Positions 29,396-39,833 of a DNA stretch of 54,636 nucleotides are shown here, in pieces (positions within the stretch are counted from its first letter, which is position 1; each line of letters starts with the position of its first letter). The stretch spans positions 226 to 54,861 of the forward strand of contig CAYTAO010000004.1 of assembly GCA_964435915.1 (NCBI GenBank), given 5' to 3'. Under the pieces are notes generated by a model. The model was not told the origin of the DNA. It did not search any database and saw only the letters and a program-made list of their open reading frames with translations. The position numbers and the translations under genes are program-made. The DNA comes from an uncultured Dehalococcoidales bacterium (GTDB lineage: Bacteria > Chloroflexota > Dehalococcoidia > Lucifugimonadales > Lucifugimonadaceae).

Positions 29396-30263
29396 GTGTC
29401 ACCCTTCCATCTTTCATGTTTAGCCGTGCTCGTCTCCCAATGTTCAACTCTTCCAGCATTTCGCGAGGAATCTGAACCGATCCAGCCGAGTCGATCAACA
29501 CGAACTCTTCCATATCTGAATCTGACGTTTTACCGCCAAGCCTCCGTTCGAACGAAACTTCTCTGGTGGTCTCCGTGCTGGTTTTACCGTCCTTGATAGC
29601 TACCGCTCTTCCAACGCTTTTCGCGATCGCCGGGGCGTGGGTCACGATGACAATAGTAGATCTAAGGTCCTGATTGACCTTGTTGAGCAGTTCGAGAACC
29701 TCTGCACCTGTCTGGTCGTCAAGCTCACCGGTTGGCTCGTCGGCGAGCAGCAGTGGAGGTTCGTTAGATAGCCCAACGGCTATTGCGACACGCTGCTGCT
29801 CACCACCAGAAAGCTGTGCTGGCTTGTGATCTGCTCGATCGGCAAGGCCAACCACATCCAGCAACTCCAATGCTCGCTTCCCGCGTTCTGATCCGGGAGC
29901 ACCGGAGATAACCATAGGAAGTTCTACGTTTTCGAGTGCAGTGAGATACGGGAACAGGTTTCGTGATGTTTCCTGCCAGATGAACCCAACTTCATGTCGT
30001 CGGTATTCGACAACCTCTCGATTTGTCATTTGCAGTAGATCGTAGTCGCCTACTCGAATCGTTCCCGCCGATGGCACGTCGTACCCGGCGAGTATGTTGA
30101 GCAGAGGTGATTTGCCGCTACCCGAAGCCCCAACAATGGCAATTATCTCGCCCTGGCTCACAGTTAGTTCGAGGCCGCGCAGTGCTACGACCTCCAGATC
30201 GGAGGCCTTATAAATCTTGAATAGTCCACTGCACTCAATGTATGCAGAATCCGGTATTGTCAC
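29379..30263 (-). CDS. ABC ATP-binding protein (LolD-like) with C-terminal AbrB/SpoVT-like extension
   Basis: [24 protein letters not shown]; C-terminal [19 protein letters not shown]. Confidence 0.9.
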   Translation of the reverse strand: MTIPDSAYIECSGLFKIYKASDLEVVALRGLELTVSQGEIIAIVGASGSGKSPLLNILAGYDVPSAGTIRVGDYDLLQMTNREVVEYRRHEVGFIWQETSRNLFPYLTALENVELPMVISGAPGSERGKRALELLDVVGLADRADHKPAQLSGGEQQRVAIAVGLSNEPPLLLADEPTGELDDQTGAEVLELLNKVNQDLRSTIVIVTHAPAIAKSVGRAVAIKDGKTSTETTREVSFERRLGGKTSDSDMEEFVLIDSAGSVQIPREMLEELNIGRRARLNMKDGRVTLESGD

Positions 30264-30303
30264 TTGGATTAACCTCCGTTCACCTTAGATTTCGGGTACT
30301 TGA

Positions 30304-33300
30304 TCAACTTTCACCCATCCTCATTATCCGATGTATCGACATACGGTAGACCGAAAGTAATATCACGCCGATCACTCCGGCGAATACTATCCCTAATAAG
30401 CCGAACGTAATTCCAAAGCCTAACCAGTCGATCTGAATTGCCATCGGTGGCACAACGGTTGTATATTCGCCCGAATTTGCCAGGTACGGCATTATCGATG
30501 TGCCCATGCGCGATCCCATGAATATGCCAAGCGCGACGGCTACCCCGATCACCATGACCTGTTCCAGAACCACCAGGAACAGCAACTGTTTCATCGAAAG
30601 GCCAATTGTCCGTAGCAATGCCAGCTCAGACCGGCGACCGTCGAACGACACTCTGGCGTGAACTAGGAATCCAACTGCGCTTACGACGAGAACAGTAAAG
30701 AATGCAATTCCCAGAAGCGCTCGCCAACCGGCGGAAATAAGAGGGTCGAATGCAACATCGGAAAGTTCAGCGGTTCGATCTATAGTGTTGAATTCTGAGC
30801 GAAGTCTGATCTTTGCCATTTCCCGCCGAACCGGCCCAATCGTCGGATCGCTGGTGCTTCCTGATTCGAGTATCCCTTCTTCCGACTCAAGCAGTTCTGT
30901 GCCGTGAGTAGTGGCAATCCAGAATTCGTTTGGCTGAACTTCTCCAGTCGTACGAGTAATGTTCATACGCTCATGAAGTGCTTCGAAATCAGCCACAAGG
31001 AACGGTTGTTCGTTAATACCAAGGGTCGGGAAGAATTCTATGACATCGCGCACCGAGACTTTTATCGGGATTCCGTCGATCGAAATCTCCAGTGGAGCCC
31101 CGTCTTCCCCCCCGAATGTTTCTACAAAATGAATACTGGCGATGACAGGGACTACACCTGGTATTGATCCATGGGCAAGCCCGCGATATTCACTCCTGTA
31201 CGCCGTTGTCCAGCGTAAGCGGGCTATTCCGTCAAGTTGGGTTCCGTCGGGCATTGTTGCCTGCTCGAAGCTGTCACCCAACGCATGACGTGTCGGTGTC
31301 ATAGTCCGCCAATTATCTACCGAGTCGAACGTTTCGATGATGGTCAGTTCGGTACCTGTCGGGTTAAGCACCGCTATATCGTCGATATCCAGTGCTGCGG
31401 GATCTAGGCCGTTTCCGTAGCTGACTACACCCAGCGAATGAAGTCGTATGGGTTCTTGTGGAAGAAGTCCGGATACGCCGTGTGAAGGAACTGCATGGAG
31501 GCTCGAGCCGATTCGGCACCACTCGGGTGGCTTTTGGTCATCGGGAAGCGGACAGTTGAATCTCGATTCATCTGTCGCCAACGGGATCATAGTTCCTAAT
31601 CGTACAGAGAAAAAGTGATCATTCGCGTCCGAAAGTCTGGCAACGAGGAATGTTGCTGGCTGCCTGACCAACGGACGAATGTTCGCTGTTATCCATCTGG
31701 ACTCAGCTGGCAGCTCGATGCCTGTGGCGGGGCCTATATCGAGAAGTGAAATCTTCTCGTCGAATGATGAAAGGTCGAAGTCATCTCGGAACCAACCAAC
31801 CTCGTCGATAGTATCGAGATCGACTCCGAGTAGTTCGACTCGATCGTAGATAGTACTTGCCGTAACTCTTGTCTGCTCCCGATAAATCGGTGATGCGGCT
31901 TCGACCTCGTCGAGTGCCGTTATAGCGTCGATGACAGAAATAGAAATTCCGCCCGGGCGGTAGTTCACGGATGTGAGTTTCAAATCGGCTCCAGTCCTGT
32001 AGAAGGCCTGGTCTATGGCGCTCTGTTCGAGAGTCGCACCAAAGCTGGCTGCGAATACTCCGAGCGCTGCTGTGAGTATCAACAGCAGAGATACTCGTGA
32101 ATGGTGGGCAGGGTTTCGAGCCATCTGCCAGATACCGAGGATTAGGGCTGGAGGCGTAATCGATGACATTGGTCGTTTGGACAATATCCTGCTTGTCAGG
32201 TCCATTCCGACCGGGAATATGCGTAGCAGGACAAGGCTTGCTGCGACAAGGAATATCGCTGGAACACCGAGAATCAGCTGGTTAACGGAGGTTTCACCGA
32301 ATAGGCTTACGGCCACGAACGATCCCTGCTTGGTTAGCTGCCAGAAAAGGAACATAACTAGGCTTAGGAAGCCCAGATCGAGGTAGTAGCGCTGTACTAA
32401 GGCCAACCTGGCAGGTCTGACCCGTGTGACCCTGCTGGCCAGCAAGGCTAGTCGTGTAGCCCTGAACGCAGGTATGAACAGCGCGATCAATCCCAGCAAG
32501 CCACCGAATAAGGCCATGCGGAACGCATCGAGCGTGAGTCGTACTGGAAGTGGATCTCCACCGTTTAGCTCGTTGTATATCGGCAGGATGCCAATAAGTC
32601 CGACTCCGGCTAGGGCCAGGAATGGTCCCGAAACAGCTGCAATCGCAGCCAGTAGCCCTGCTTCGATGATGAACACAGCCAGAATCTGACTCGAAGTCGC
32701 ACCTCGCGTTCGCAGAAGTCCAACTTCGCTTCGCTGTGCATCTACTAGAAGCGATGCCAGAGTAACGACGTAGTAGAGCACGACGAGAACGATGAGTATC
32801 AATACGATAAACATCGGCAACCGATTGAAGAACAGATCAGTCTCAAACTCACTCAGTACCTGAGGTAGATCTGACCTGAGGAAGAAACCGTCGACTTTCG
32901 CCTTAAGTTCTCGCTCTGTTGAGGCGATAGTCCTCAGAATCGACGCTGTCTCAGAAGCCTTGATCCTTTCAGGGTCGACGTCCAACCACCATGCGTAGTC
33001 GGTTCCCATATTCGGGAGGTAGGGGCCTAAACCGCTGAGAATCGTTTCCCGCGGCACGACGAATCTGGCAAATTGGAGAGTGTCAGTACGGGAACCAAAC
33101 GCCTCGTTCTGAACTCGCCAGTGTGGAGATTCGGGATCAACACGCTCATATAACCCGGTTACGAGTACGTCCACGTGGTTGTGTTCGTCTTCCCAGTGCG
33201 GACGGGCAGGATAGATATCGCCGACACTGAGTTCGAGTAATTCAGCTGACCCCGCATCGAGCAGGCCTTCGATCTGGAAAGTATCGCTGTGTCCGTTGTA

Positions 33301-33810
33301 TACAACGGCTTGAGGCATGTTGCCGGAGGTAACGTCTACGCGGTTTTCGACGTCCGGCATTGTCATCATGGCTACTCGGCGACAGTTACATTCGACTAAT
33401 CCGTCATCCGAGTCGGGAATTATTCTAATTGCAGTTTGGCAGCTACATTCATCGGGCATAACTCTTTCCGGAGGCAGATCGACGAAGAAAGTCCACGTTT
33501 TTATCGAGAACTCTTGTTGGTCGAGGAACGAGCTGAATCGACCGACGAGTGAACTGTTCATCGCGTCGATCATGATGTCGTGGGTTTCCGGGTTTGTAGG
33601 AACCTGTCCCACTTCCACAATCACATCGATGGCGGATGGTTCGTGGGTTGAGAGGGCCCGCTGCAACGCAACGTCACGGAGAGCGTCGAAGAATATGACC
33701 GAGCTGGCCATGATGGTGGCCGCGAGAACAACACCTACCACAACTGCCGATAGCAGTCGCCAATGAGCGAGTGTTCGCTTGACGATGAGTTGGAATGAGT
33801 TGCCAATCAT
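30304..33810 (-). CDS. Large FtsX-like ABC permease
   Basis: Two FtsX-type motifs (QRSEVGLLRTRGA, RRSELALLRTIG) with large extracytoplasmic loops; upstream of two ATPases. Confidence 0.9.
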   Translation of the reverse strand: MIGNSFQLIVKRTLAHWRLLSAVVVGVVLAATIMASSVIFFDALRDVALQRALSTHEPSAIDVIVEVGQVPTNPETHDIMIDAMNSSLVGRFSSFLDQQEFSIKTWTFFVDLPPERVMPDECSCQTAIRIIPDSDDGLVECNCRRVAMMTMPDVENRVDVTSGNMPQAVVYNGHSDTFQIEGLLDAGSAELLELSVGDIYPARPHWEDEHNHVDVLVTGLYERVDPESPHWRVQNEAFGSRTDTLQFARFVVPRETILSGLGPYLPNMGTDYAWWLDVDPERIKASETASILRTIASTERELKAKVDGFFLRSDLPQVLSEFETDLFFNRLPMFIVLILIVLVVLYYVVTLASLLVDAQRSEVGLLRTRGATSSQILAVFIIEAGLLAAIAAVSGPFLALAGVGLIGILPIYNELNGGDPLPVRLTLDAFRMALFGGLLGLIALFIPAFRATRLALLASRVTRVRPARLALVQRYYLDLGFLSLVMFLFWQLTKQGSFVAVSLFGETSVNQLILGVPAIFLVAASLVLLRIFPVGMDLTSRILSKRPMSSITPPALILGIWQMARNPAHHSRVSLLLILTAALGVFAASFGATLEQSAIDQAFYRTGADLKLTSVNYRPGGISISVIDAITALDEVEAASPIYREQTRVTASTIYDRVELLGVDLDTIDEVGWFRDDFDLSSFDEKISLLDIGPATGIELPAESRWITANIRPLVRQPATFLVARLSDANDHFFSVRLGTMIPLATDESRFNCPLPDDQKPPEWCRIGSSLHAVPSHGVSGLLPQEPIRLHSLGVVSYGNGLDPAALDIDDIAVLNPTGTELTIIETFDSVDNWRTMTPTRHALGDSFEQATMPDGTQLDGIARLRWTTAYRSEYRGLAHGSIPGVVPVIASIHFVETFGGEDGAPLEISIDGIPIKVSVRDVIEFFPTLGINEQPFLVADFEALHERMNITRTTGEVQPNEFWIATTHGTELLESEEGILESGSTSDPTIGPVRREMAKIRLRSEFNTIDRTAELSDVAFDPLISAGWRALLGIAFFTVLVVSAVGFLVHARVSFDGRRSELALLRTIGLSMKQLLFLVVLEQVMVIGVAVALGIFMGSRMGTSIMPYLANSGEYTTVVPPMAIQIDWLGFGITFGLLGIVFAGVIGVILLSVYRMSIHRIMRMGES

Positions 33811-34123
33811 GTGTAAGGAGCGAATGAGTTGATCCGGGCCATTCGCACAATCTGCATTTTAATAATCCGCGCAGAATTACGTGCGTCGATCAGAGAAGTC
33901 GTAAATATCCCGCAATTGTACCGAGATGGGGCATAGTAATAGCTGTCAGTATTGGCAATAAAAAGCCGCTCGTAACTACTTCCACTGGATATTGGTTTAT
34001 CTGGCCAGTCCGGTGCTTATTCCAGTCCGTATTCGAATTCAGTAGCAGTGTTTCATCGCCATGACGCATCGAACATCCAAAAGCATTCTAGTAACTTGAC
34101 TTGATACGCTGAATCGGTGGAAT

Positions 34124-35251
34124 TTGGTTTTTCGACCCGGATATGAGCAGACATTGATCACTAGATACGTTCCTGTACTTTCGAAAGTTGCAGTCCTTGC
34201 GATTCTTATTGCACTGATTTTCACCTCGTGTACAACTGTCTCGACAGAAAACGACAACACCGAAGCTGATTCAGACGAGGCATCTACAGCATCGGCTTTC
34301 GTTCCACCACCTACGGTTTCACGTAGTTTTGACTCACCTCAGTTATCAACTCCTGAACTGGTCCAGTTGCTAACGCCGTCGATTGTTCAGATAGCCGTAA
34401 ATTTGAGGCGCGGGCAGGGAGTCGGAACGGGTGTAATCCTTGATGAGGACGGTTTGATTCTGACGAACTGGCACGTGGTGGAAGGAGCCCAGAGCATCAC
34501 CGTGGCGTTCGAAGACGGCACTATCAGCGAAGGTGAGCTGTTTAGGCGAGATCCACAACTGGATCTGGCCATTATCCGGGTTGAAGAAAAAAGCGGATTA
34601 CACCCGGCGGTATTTGGAGATTCTGATGCGCTCAGGATCGGTGAAGACGTAGTGGCGATCGGACACGCTCTTGGCCTACGGGGTGGACCGACGGTGAGCA
34701 AAGGCGTGGTGAGTGCTCTCGACCGAACCATAGTTGGGGAAGCCGGCGGCGACCTTACAGGACTTGTTCAAACAGACGCTGCAATCAACGAGGGCAACTC
34801 GGGTGGGCCACTCGTCAACATGTTTGGTGAGGTGGTTGGTATCAACACTGCCAAGATCAACATTGGCGACCGAATTGGTTTTGCGATCAACATTAACGCT
34901 GCAAAGTCGGCAGCTTATATCCTGATTGCGCAGGGTCGGCTGCCGCCACCGGGGTTCTTGGGGGTTGGTGGTGTCGATGTAACCCGCGCGCTAGCACGGG
35001 CACTGCGCCTACCTGTCAATGAGGGGTTTGGTGTGACGGTTATCGAGCCGGGATCACCAGCAGCGAGAGCGGGAATTGAACTCGATGACATCATCGTTCA
35101 GCTCGATGAAACGGAGGTCAAGCGCGGTCAGGACATCACGGATTTCCTTCGAGATGCGTCTAGCGGAAGCGAGATAACGATCACCGTCGTCCGAGATTTG
35201 CAGTTCCTTGTAAACCTCGATGCGACACTAGTTGAACGCCCAGAACGCTAG
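34124..35251 (+). CDS. HtrA/DegP-like serine protease with one PDZ domain, probable lipoprotein
   Basis: GTGVI, ILTNWHVV, QTDAAINEGNSGGPL, PDZ; lipobox-like IFTSC; start uncertain. Confidence 0.92.
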   Translation: MVFRPGYEQTLITRYVPVLSKVAVLAILIALIFTSCTTVSTENDNTEADSDEASTASAFVPPPTVSRSFDSPQLSTPELVQLLTPSIVQIAVNLRRGQGVGTGVILDEDGLILTNWHVVEGAQSITVAFEDGTISEGELFRRDPQLDLAIIRVEEKSGLHPAVFGDSDALRIGEDVVAIGHALGLRGGPTVSKGVVSALDRTIVGEAGGDLTGLVQTDAAINEGNSGGPLVNMFGEVVGINTAKINIGDRIGFAININAAKSAAYILIAQGRLPPPGFLGVGGVDVTRALARALRLPVNEGFGVTVIEPGSPAARAGIELDDIIVQLDETEVKRGQDITDFLRDASSGSEITITVVRDLQFLVNLDATLVERPER

Positions 35252-35369
35252 CCAGTAGTCTGGTACTACAATCTCTGGAAAATACTTAGCCGCACATTTG
35301 GGATGTATATCGTGCAGAATGTGCTGGTCAGTTACATACATGGCACAAACAAATTTCGAAGGCATCCAG

Positions 35370-36197
35370 ATGACCCAACAGACCGGAACGGAACTAGAAG
35401 GCAAAGTAGCGATCGTTACTGGTGCGGGGCGTATGCGCGGTATCGGACGGGCTTCGGCAGTCGTTCTGGCTCGAATGGGAGCGCACGTTGTTGTTACAGG
35501 TACCGGAAGAAACCCCGATACCTTCCCCGATGACGAAAAAGACGCCGGCTGGAGCGATATTCAGTCGACGGCCGGGCAGGTCGAGTCGTACGGCGTTCGT
35601 GCCCTTCCACTTGTTTCCAACATTGCCGATCAAGATGATGTGCAGAAGATGATCGATGCTACGGTGGCTGAGTTTGGACGAGTCGACATCATTGTGAATA
35701 ATGCCGCAGCACCATACGGCTCCGACCGTGTGGCGGTTGTCGATATGGACGCGGATGTGTTCAAAACCGTCATAGATGTGAAAGTGCTTGGCACTTTTTA
35801 TGCATGCCGGGCAGCCGTGAAGCAAATGATCGAGCAGGGTGAAGGTGGCCGTATCATTAACCTGTCATCGACTATGGGCAAGAGCGGCCGTGCGAACACG
35901 AGTGCGTACAATGCGGCCAACTTTGCTATCGACGGCTTCACTCAGGCGCTCGCAAAAGAGGTGGGGCAGCACAACATCACAGCGAATAGCGTGTGCCCCG
36001 GTACCACTGAAACTTCAAGGCTCGACCCGGTGGGACGAGGCGATGTCTGGCAGGGGCGATTGCAGAGCATTCCGATCAGCCGAGCTGGAACTGATGACGA
36101 AGTCGGTGAGTTGATCGGTTTTCTGTGCAGCCCACGAGCTGGATATATCACCGGTCAGTCGGTCAACATCAACGGCGGTTCGGTTACCGAACGCTAG
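35370..36197 (+). CDS. Short-chain dehydrogenase/reductase
   Basis: VTGAGRMRGIG, VNNAA, NLSS, YNAAN (YxxxK Lys replaced by Asn), YITGQ; likely start ATG 35370. Confidence 0.9.
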   Translation: MTQQTGTELEGKVAIVTGAGRMRGIGRASAVVLARMGAHVVVTGTGRNPDTFPDDEKDAGWSDIQSTAGQVESYGVRALPLVSNIADQDDVQKMIDATVAEFGRVDIIVNNAAAPYGSDRVAVVDMDADVFKTVIDVKVLGTFYACRAAVKQMIEQGEGGRIINLSSTMGKSGRANTSAYNAANFAIDGFTQALAKEVGQHNITANSVCPGTTETSRLDPVGRGDVWQGRLQSIPISRAGTDDEVGELIGFLCSPRAGYITGQSVNINGGSVTER

Positions 36198-36203
36198 ATC
36201 GCG

Positions 36204-36689
36204 CTAGATGTCCTGACCATAGAACTCGGCAATCTCGATGAAGTCTTCGGCATCGTCGTCCCACGCGAACAATCGTGCCTCTACAACGCGGTCCTCGTCA
36301 ATGCCGACCACGATCTGCTGATCCGGGTATGCGGGGCCATCACCCCAGGGATAAGCGGCGTTGCTGCGATCGGTTTCTGAGAAATACGCTCGGCCGTTAG
36401 GGTGTGAGTGATAAATAATCAGTGGCCGAACGTCATCGTCGAGCGTACGTGCCAGATCGAGCAGATCGGAATCTGAGATTACGAAGGCCGTCTGGGAGCT
36501 TCGATCTTTGGCCGTCGGGTGTGCCTCAGGCTCATACGCATTTACTGCTCTTCGCACGCCACTGGCGGTGTTCGAATCCTTATCGCCGGTTATCCAGCCG
36601 CAACACTCGTCAGGGTAGCTCTCTCGCGCATGAGCGAAGATGGCTTCGAGTGATGCTCGTGGTACGTCGATAGGTTCTGGTGTTGGCAA
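36204..36689 (-). CDS. JAB/MPN (Mov34) metallopeptidase, Mec-like
   Basis: YPDECCG and JAMM motif YHSHP....FSETD. Confidence 0.88.
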   Translation of the reverse strand: MPTPEPIDVPRASLEAIFAHARESYPDECCGWITGDKDSNTASGVRRAVNAYEPEAHPTAKDRSSQTAFVISDSDLLDLARTLDDDVRPLIIYHSHPNGRAYFSETDRSNAAYPWGDGPAYPDQQIVVGIDEDRVVEARLFAWDDDAEDFIEIAEFYGQDI

Positions 36690-36805
36690 TTATTAGATCC
36701 TGAGCAAATAAGTAAGTTGGGAACGGTTTGAAGAATCAGATGCAAAGTGTAGTCAATGGTTGCTGGCTGTGGTTTGAGTGTTGGGGTGAACCTAGTCTGT
36801 CGTCC

Positions 36806-36821
36806 CTCCTCGCAATGACAA
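36806..36821 (-). repeat. Half copy of the TGTCATTGCGAGGAG repeat
   Basis: Reverse complement TTGTCATTGCGAGGAG is an exact 16-nt match to 28115-28130. Confidence 0.65.
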
Positions 36822-36986
36822 AACATTCAATCCGGCGGCTGAATTCGGCGACTCCAGCACACGTTCCCGTGTAGATTATTCCTGTGCAGAATCCAAGTGC
36901 TCTGCCAGTTCGTAAAACGTTCGGCGCTGGGATGTGTAACGATCTACACGTAAAACCTAGCGAAAACGAGTTTCATAAAATACCCG

Positions 36987-37454
36987 ATGGCTGGACTTCC
37001 AAGAAGCTGGATAGATAGACGAAGACGCAAGCTGCGCCGGGTTCAGCGCGAGGCACTCGCACGAATCGGGCTGTCGACAGCCGGTGCGCCTGCAGTTGGC
37101 GAAACGACCTTGTGCATCGCCTACATGTGCCCGTGGGCTCATACTTGCAATGGTGCGACTCCGCGTCCGGCGCTCGTTTCTGAACGCGACTGCTTGAGGA
37201 AATTCCCAGTAGAGCGTCGACCAGATTCAGGACTGTCCGATGCTGCCCTCGATAATCTGGCACAACATCGTGAAGACGGAATAAGGCTCGAGCCTGTAAC
37301 TATCGCAGTTCTCGATGAGTTCAGACCGTTCGGGCCTACCCCGTCGATGAACCAGAAACGACCCGAACGCCCGATCTACGAATCAGGTGTTATAGGAAAA
37401 TCGTTTTTGCCATCAGCTGATCGACAGTCCGGACTCCTAGAACAGAGCTCATAG
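36987..37454 (+). CDS. Hypothetical protein, basic N-terminus and Cys/His cluster
   Basis: Fills an otherwise empty gap; LCIAYMCPWAHTC...RDC; no family recognised. Confidence 0.45.
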   Translation: MAGLPRSWIDRRRRKLRRVQREALARIGLSTAGAPAVGETTLCIAYMCPWAHTCNGATPRPALVSERDCLRKFPVERRPDSGLSDAALDNLAQHREDGIRLEPVTIAVLDEFRPFGPTPSMNQKRPERPIYESGVIGKSFLPSADRQSGLLEQSS

Positions 37455-37486
37455 CGCGTCGTACTTTCGTAGGAATTCGGTGAGCA

Positions 37487-38240
37487 CTAGTTGGTAGCGT
37501 TCCGTATCGACCAGATCAAGACCGTCGTGGCGCTACGGGGAATGATCTCGAGTTGCTTTGGATCTGAAGCGGCCCCGTATAAGCGTTCTGCGTTTGCAGT
37601 CGAAACGGTTCTGCCGGAATCGCCCTGAATCACGAGGGTTGGCACAGGTAGGTTTGCTATGTATTTTTTCGAATTGAACCTTGATTGCATGATGAAGTGC
37701 ACCGGTACAAATCGAGTCCAGCCTGCACGTTCAAGCATCACATCTGGAACCGACGAGATAGCCGCTTCGAAATTTAGCGTCGCAGGTTGCGTTATTGAGG
37801 CTAGCTGGGCTGCCACCGCTCCGTCCATTGATTGTCCAAATGAAATGATTTTCTTGCCGGTGTGCAGGTCTGTTGCAAAGTTGTATGCAGTCAAAGCATC
37901 GGCATAAAACCACGTTCTGAAGGGATGCCTTCGTTTCGGCCGTATCCTCACTAGTCGATTACCACTATCGGCGCACCATATCTCCGGTGAATTTCCTGAT
38001 ACTGATCCAGCTGAAGATTGATATTCTCACCGTTGCCGTGAAATATCAGCACATGGCATCCGGTAAGAGGCCGAGTATGTGCCAGCCGTGCAGCTTTACG
38101 CCGTCTGTGGTTATTGGAAATACATCGTCGAACTCGAGCCCCTCATGTGCTCCGGAGTTCCGCGCAACACCGTCTCAGGCACGAATAACACCTGCCGTTC
38201 CAAGCACGAGAGATCCTCCCGGGTTCGCCGAAGACTCAAC
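37487..38240 (-). pseudogene. Alpha/beta hydrolase (ABHD13/BEM46-like), degraded
   Basis: Pieces LERQVLFVP..TPEH, GLEFDDV...DGVKLHGW, FHGNGEN, VID**GYG..EGIPSE (for DYRGYG), GQSMDG (for GxSxGG); several frameshifts; boundaries approximate. Confidence 0.8.
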
Positions 38241-38248
38241 ACTTATCG

Positions 38249-39541
38249 TTAATTCACCGAACCATTTTTGCGGAGACTGGAGATCTCATCAGGCGAGTAG
38301 CCGACATCGCTCAAAATTCTGTCTGTGTCCTGACCAAGGGCCGGAGACGACACCATCTCTGGCATACCGTCACTGAATTGCAGAATAGGGCCTGACGTTC
38401 TGATTTTGTGACCCGTGTGATGCTTCAACTCGATCACGTAATCGTTTGCCAGCACCTGTTCATCGTCGACCATCTCTTCGACGAACCGTATCGGCTCGCA
38501 CGGAATGTCGTGGCTCCTGAGTTTGTTGTACCAGTGGGCAGTCGTGTTACTTGCAAATATGCGTTCGAAGTCTTCAACCAGCTGGTAACCCAGCTTCTCA
38601 GCCTGAGGCGTTGTGTGATCGTAGTCTGGATCTGTGACCCTCGGATCCTTCAGTTCAAATACATCGAGCAGGCGTGCCCTTGCATGAACTGCAAGCGTGC
38701 CGAGCGTCAATCCGCCGTCGAGGGTCTTGTACGACCGATAGTAGCAGTGATAGATAGCCGGTCTGATCGACGACTGGTAGCTGTCCTGAATATCCTCGTA
38801 GCCTACGCCCTGCTCGACAAGGCCCGGATAGACATCCTCGTACCACTTCCTTGCTGGTGCAGGCAGCCCTTCGATATCGGCGACTCTGAGCGTCTGCATT
38901 GCGATGGCGTTCGAGAGGATGCTCGTTGCCCCGAGCTGGCCTTTTCCGGTCTTGCCACGCCCGACAATTCCAGCGAGAATCCCGTTCGCTGCTGCGTAAC
39001 CGGTAGAAAAGTCGATGTAAGACGACGACCACACGACCTCTGGCTGTCCGCCTTTCGTGATCTTTCCTTCACTCGCAACTGCCCCAGTGTAGCCCTGAAC
39101 AATCAAATCGAATCCTGGCATATCGGCCATGTGCCCGGCGGGTCCGTATGCGGTGATGTCGACGTACACGAGTTTTGGGTTGATCTTCGAGACGGTTTCG
39201 TAGTCGATACCCAGCTTGATGGACGTGTCCCGGCGGTTGTTTGAGATGATTCCGTCTGCCGACTCGATAAGCTTCCGAAGTGCGTCCCGTGCAGAATCCT
39301 GTTTCAAGTCGAGGCAGATGCTTCGTACACCGCGGTTGAGCGGTATGAATACCCTGCTTTCGTTTGGCATGAACGAGGTAGCGTGTCTCCAGGGATCGCC
39401 GGTTGGTGGCTCGATCTTTATCACGTCGGCACCCATGTCGGCAAGCAGTTGCCCGCCCCACGGCCCGGCAACGAAACTGCCGAATTCAAGAACTCTAATT
39501 CCCTGCAACGGGCCTGCCATAGGAATTTGATTTGCTGACAT
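38249..39541 (-). CDS. Class III CoA-transferase (CaiB/BaiF)
   Basis: GPLQGIRVLE, LADMGADVIKIEPPTGD, NRG.RSICLDLK, PGFD, PALGQDT. Confidence 0.92.
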   Translation of the reverse strand: MSANQIPMAGPLQGIRVLEFGSFVAGPWGGQLLADMGADVIKIEPPTGDPWRHATSFMPNESRVFIPLNRGVRSICLDLKQDSARDALRKLIESADGIISNNRRDTSIKLGIDYETVSKINPKLVYVDITAYGPAGHMADMPGFDLIVQGYTGAVASEGKITKGGQPEVVWSSSYIDFSTGYAAANGILAGIVGRGKTGKGQLGATSILSNAIAMQTLRVADIEGLPAPARKWYEDVYPGLVEQGVGYEDIQDSYQSSIRPAIYHCYYRSYKTLDGGLTLGTLAVHARARLLDVFELKDPRVTDPDYDHTTPQAEKLGYQLVEDFERIFASNTTAHWYNKLRSHDIPCEPIRFVEEMVDDEQVLANDYVIELKHHTGHKIRTSGPILQFSDGMPEMVSSPALGQDTDRILSDVGYSPDEISSLRKNGSVN

Positions 39542-39833
39542 GCTGCGACGAGTACCTCTGATTGAATTAGAGCCTGCAGAACGCGCAGATGTTATCGTTG
39601 ATCGGCCTTCTGTGCGGGTCGTTCTACGCCAAAAACATAAACGCTCGGTGATTTATTGTGCCCACCGGGCGTTTCGTTCGGTCCTGTTTATAGCGTCAGG
39701 TTGCCTTAGGAGGAATGACAAGAACTGGTCGACGAGCGGATCGAATTACCTTATCTCTGTTCAGGACAAACTCCCTTAGGCATTCAAGCCAGCTCGAGTA
39801 CTTAAAGCAGGTCGGGACGTGGGTGTGTTGCCC

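Noticed and set aside
306-37953. Many in-frame TAG codons (306, 3138, 9944, 21328, 28312, 28519, ~37952) suggesting amber recoding or pyrrolysine
   Set aside because: The expected residues differ (Tyr, Trp, Gln/Glu), most sit in genes with other lesions, and many intact genes here end in TAG.
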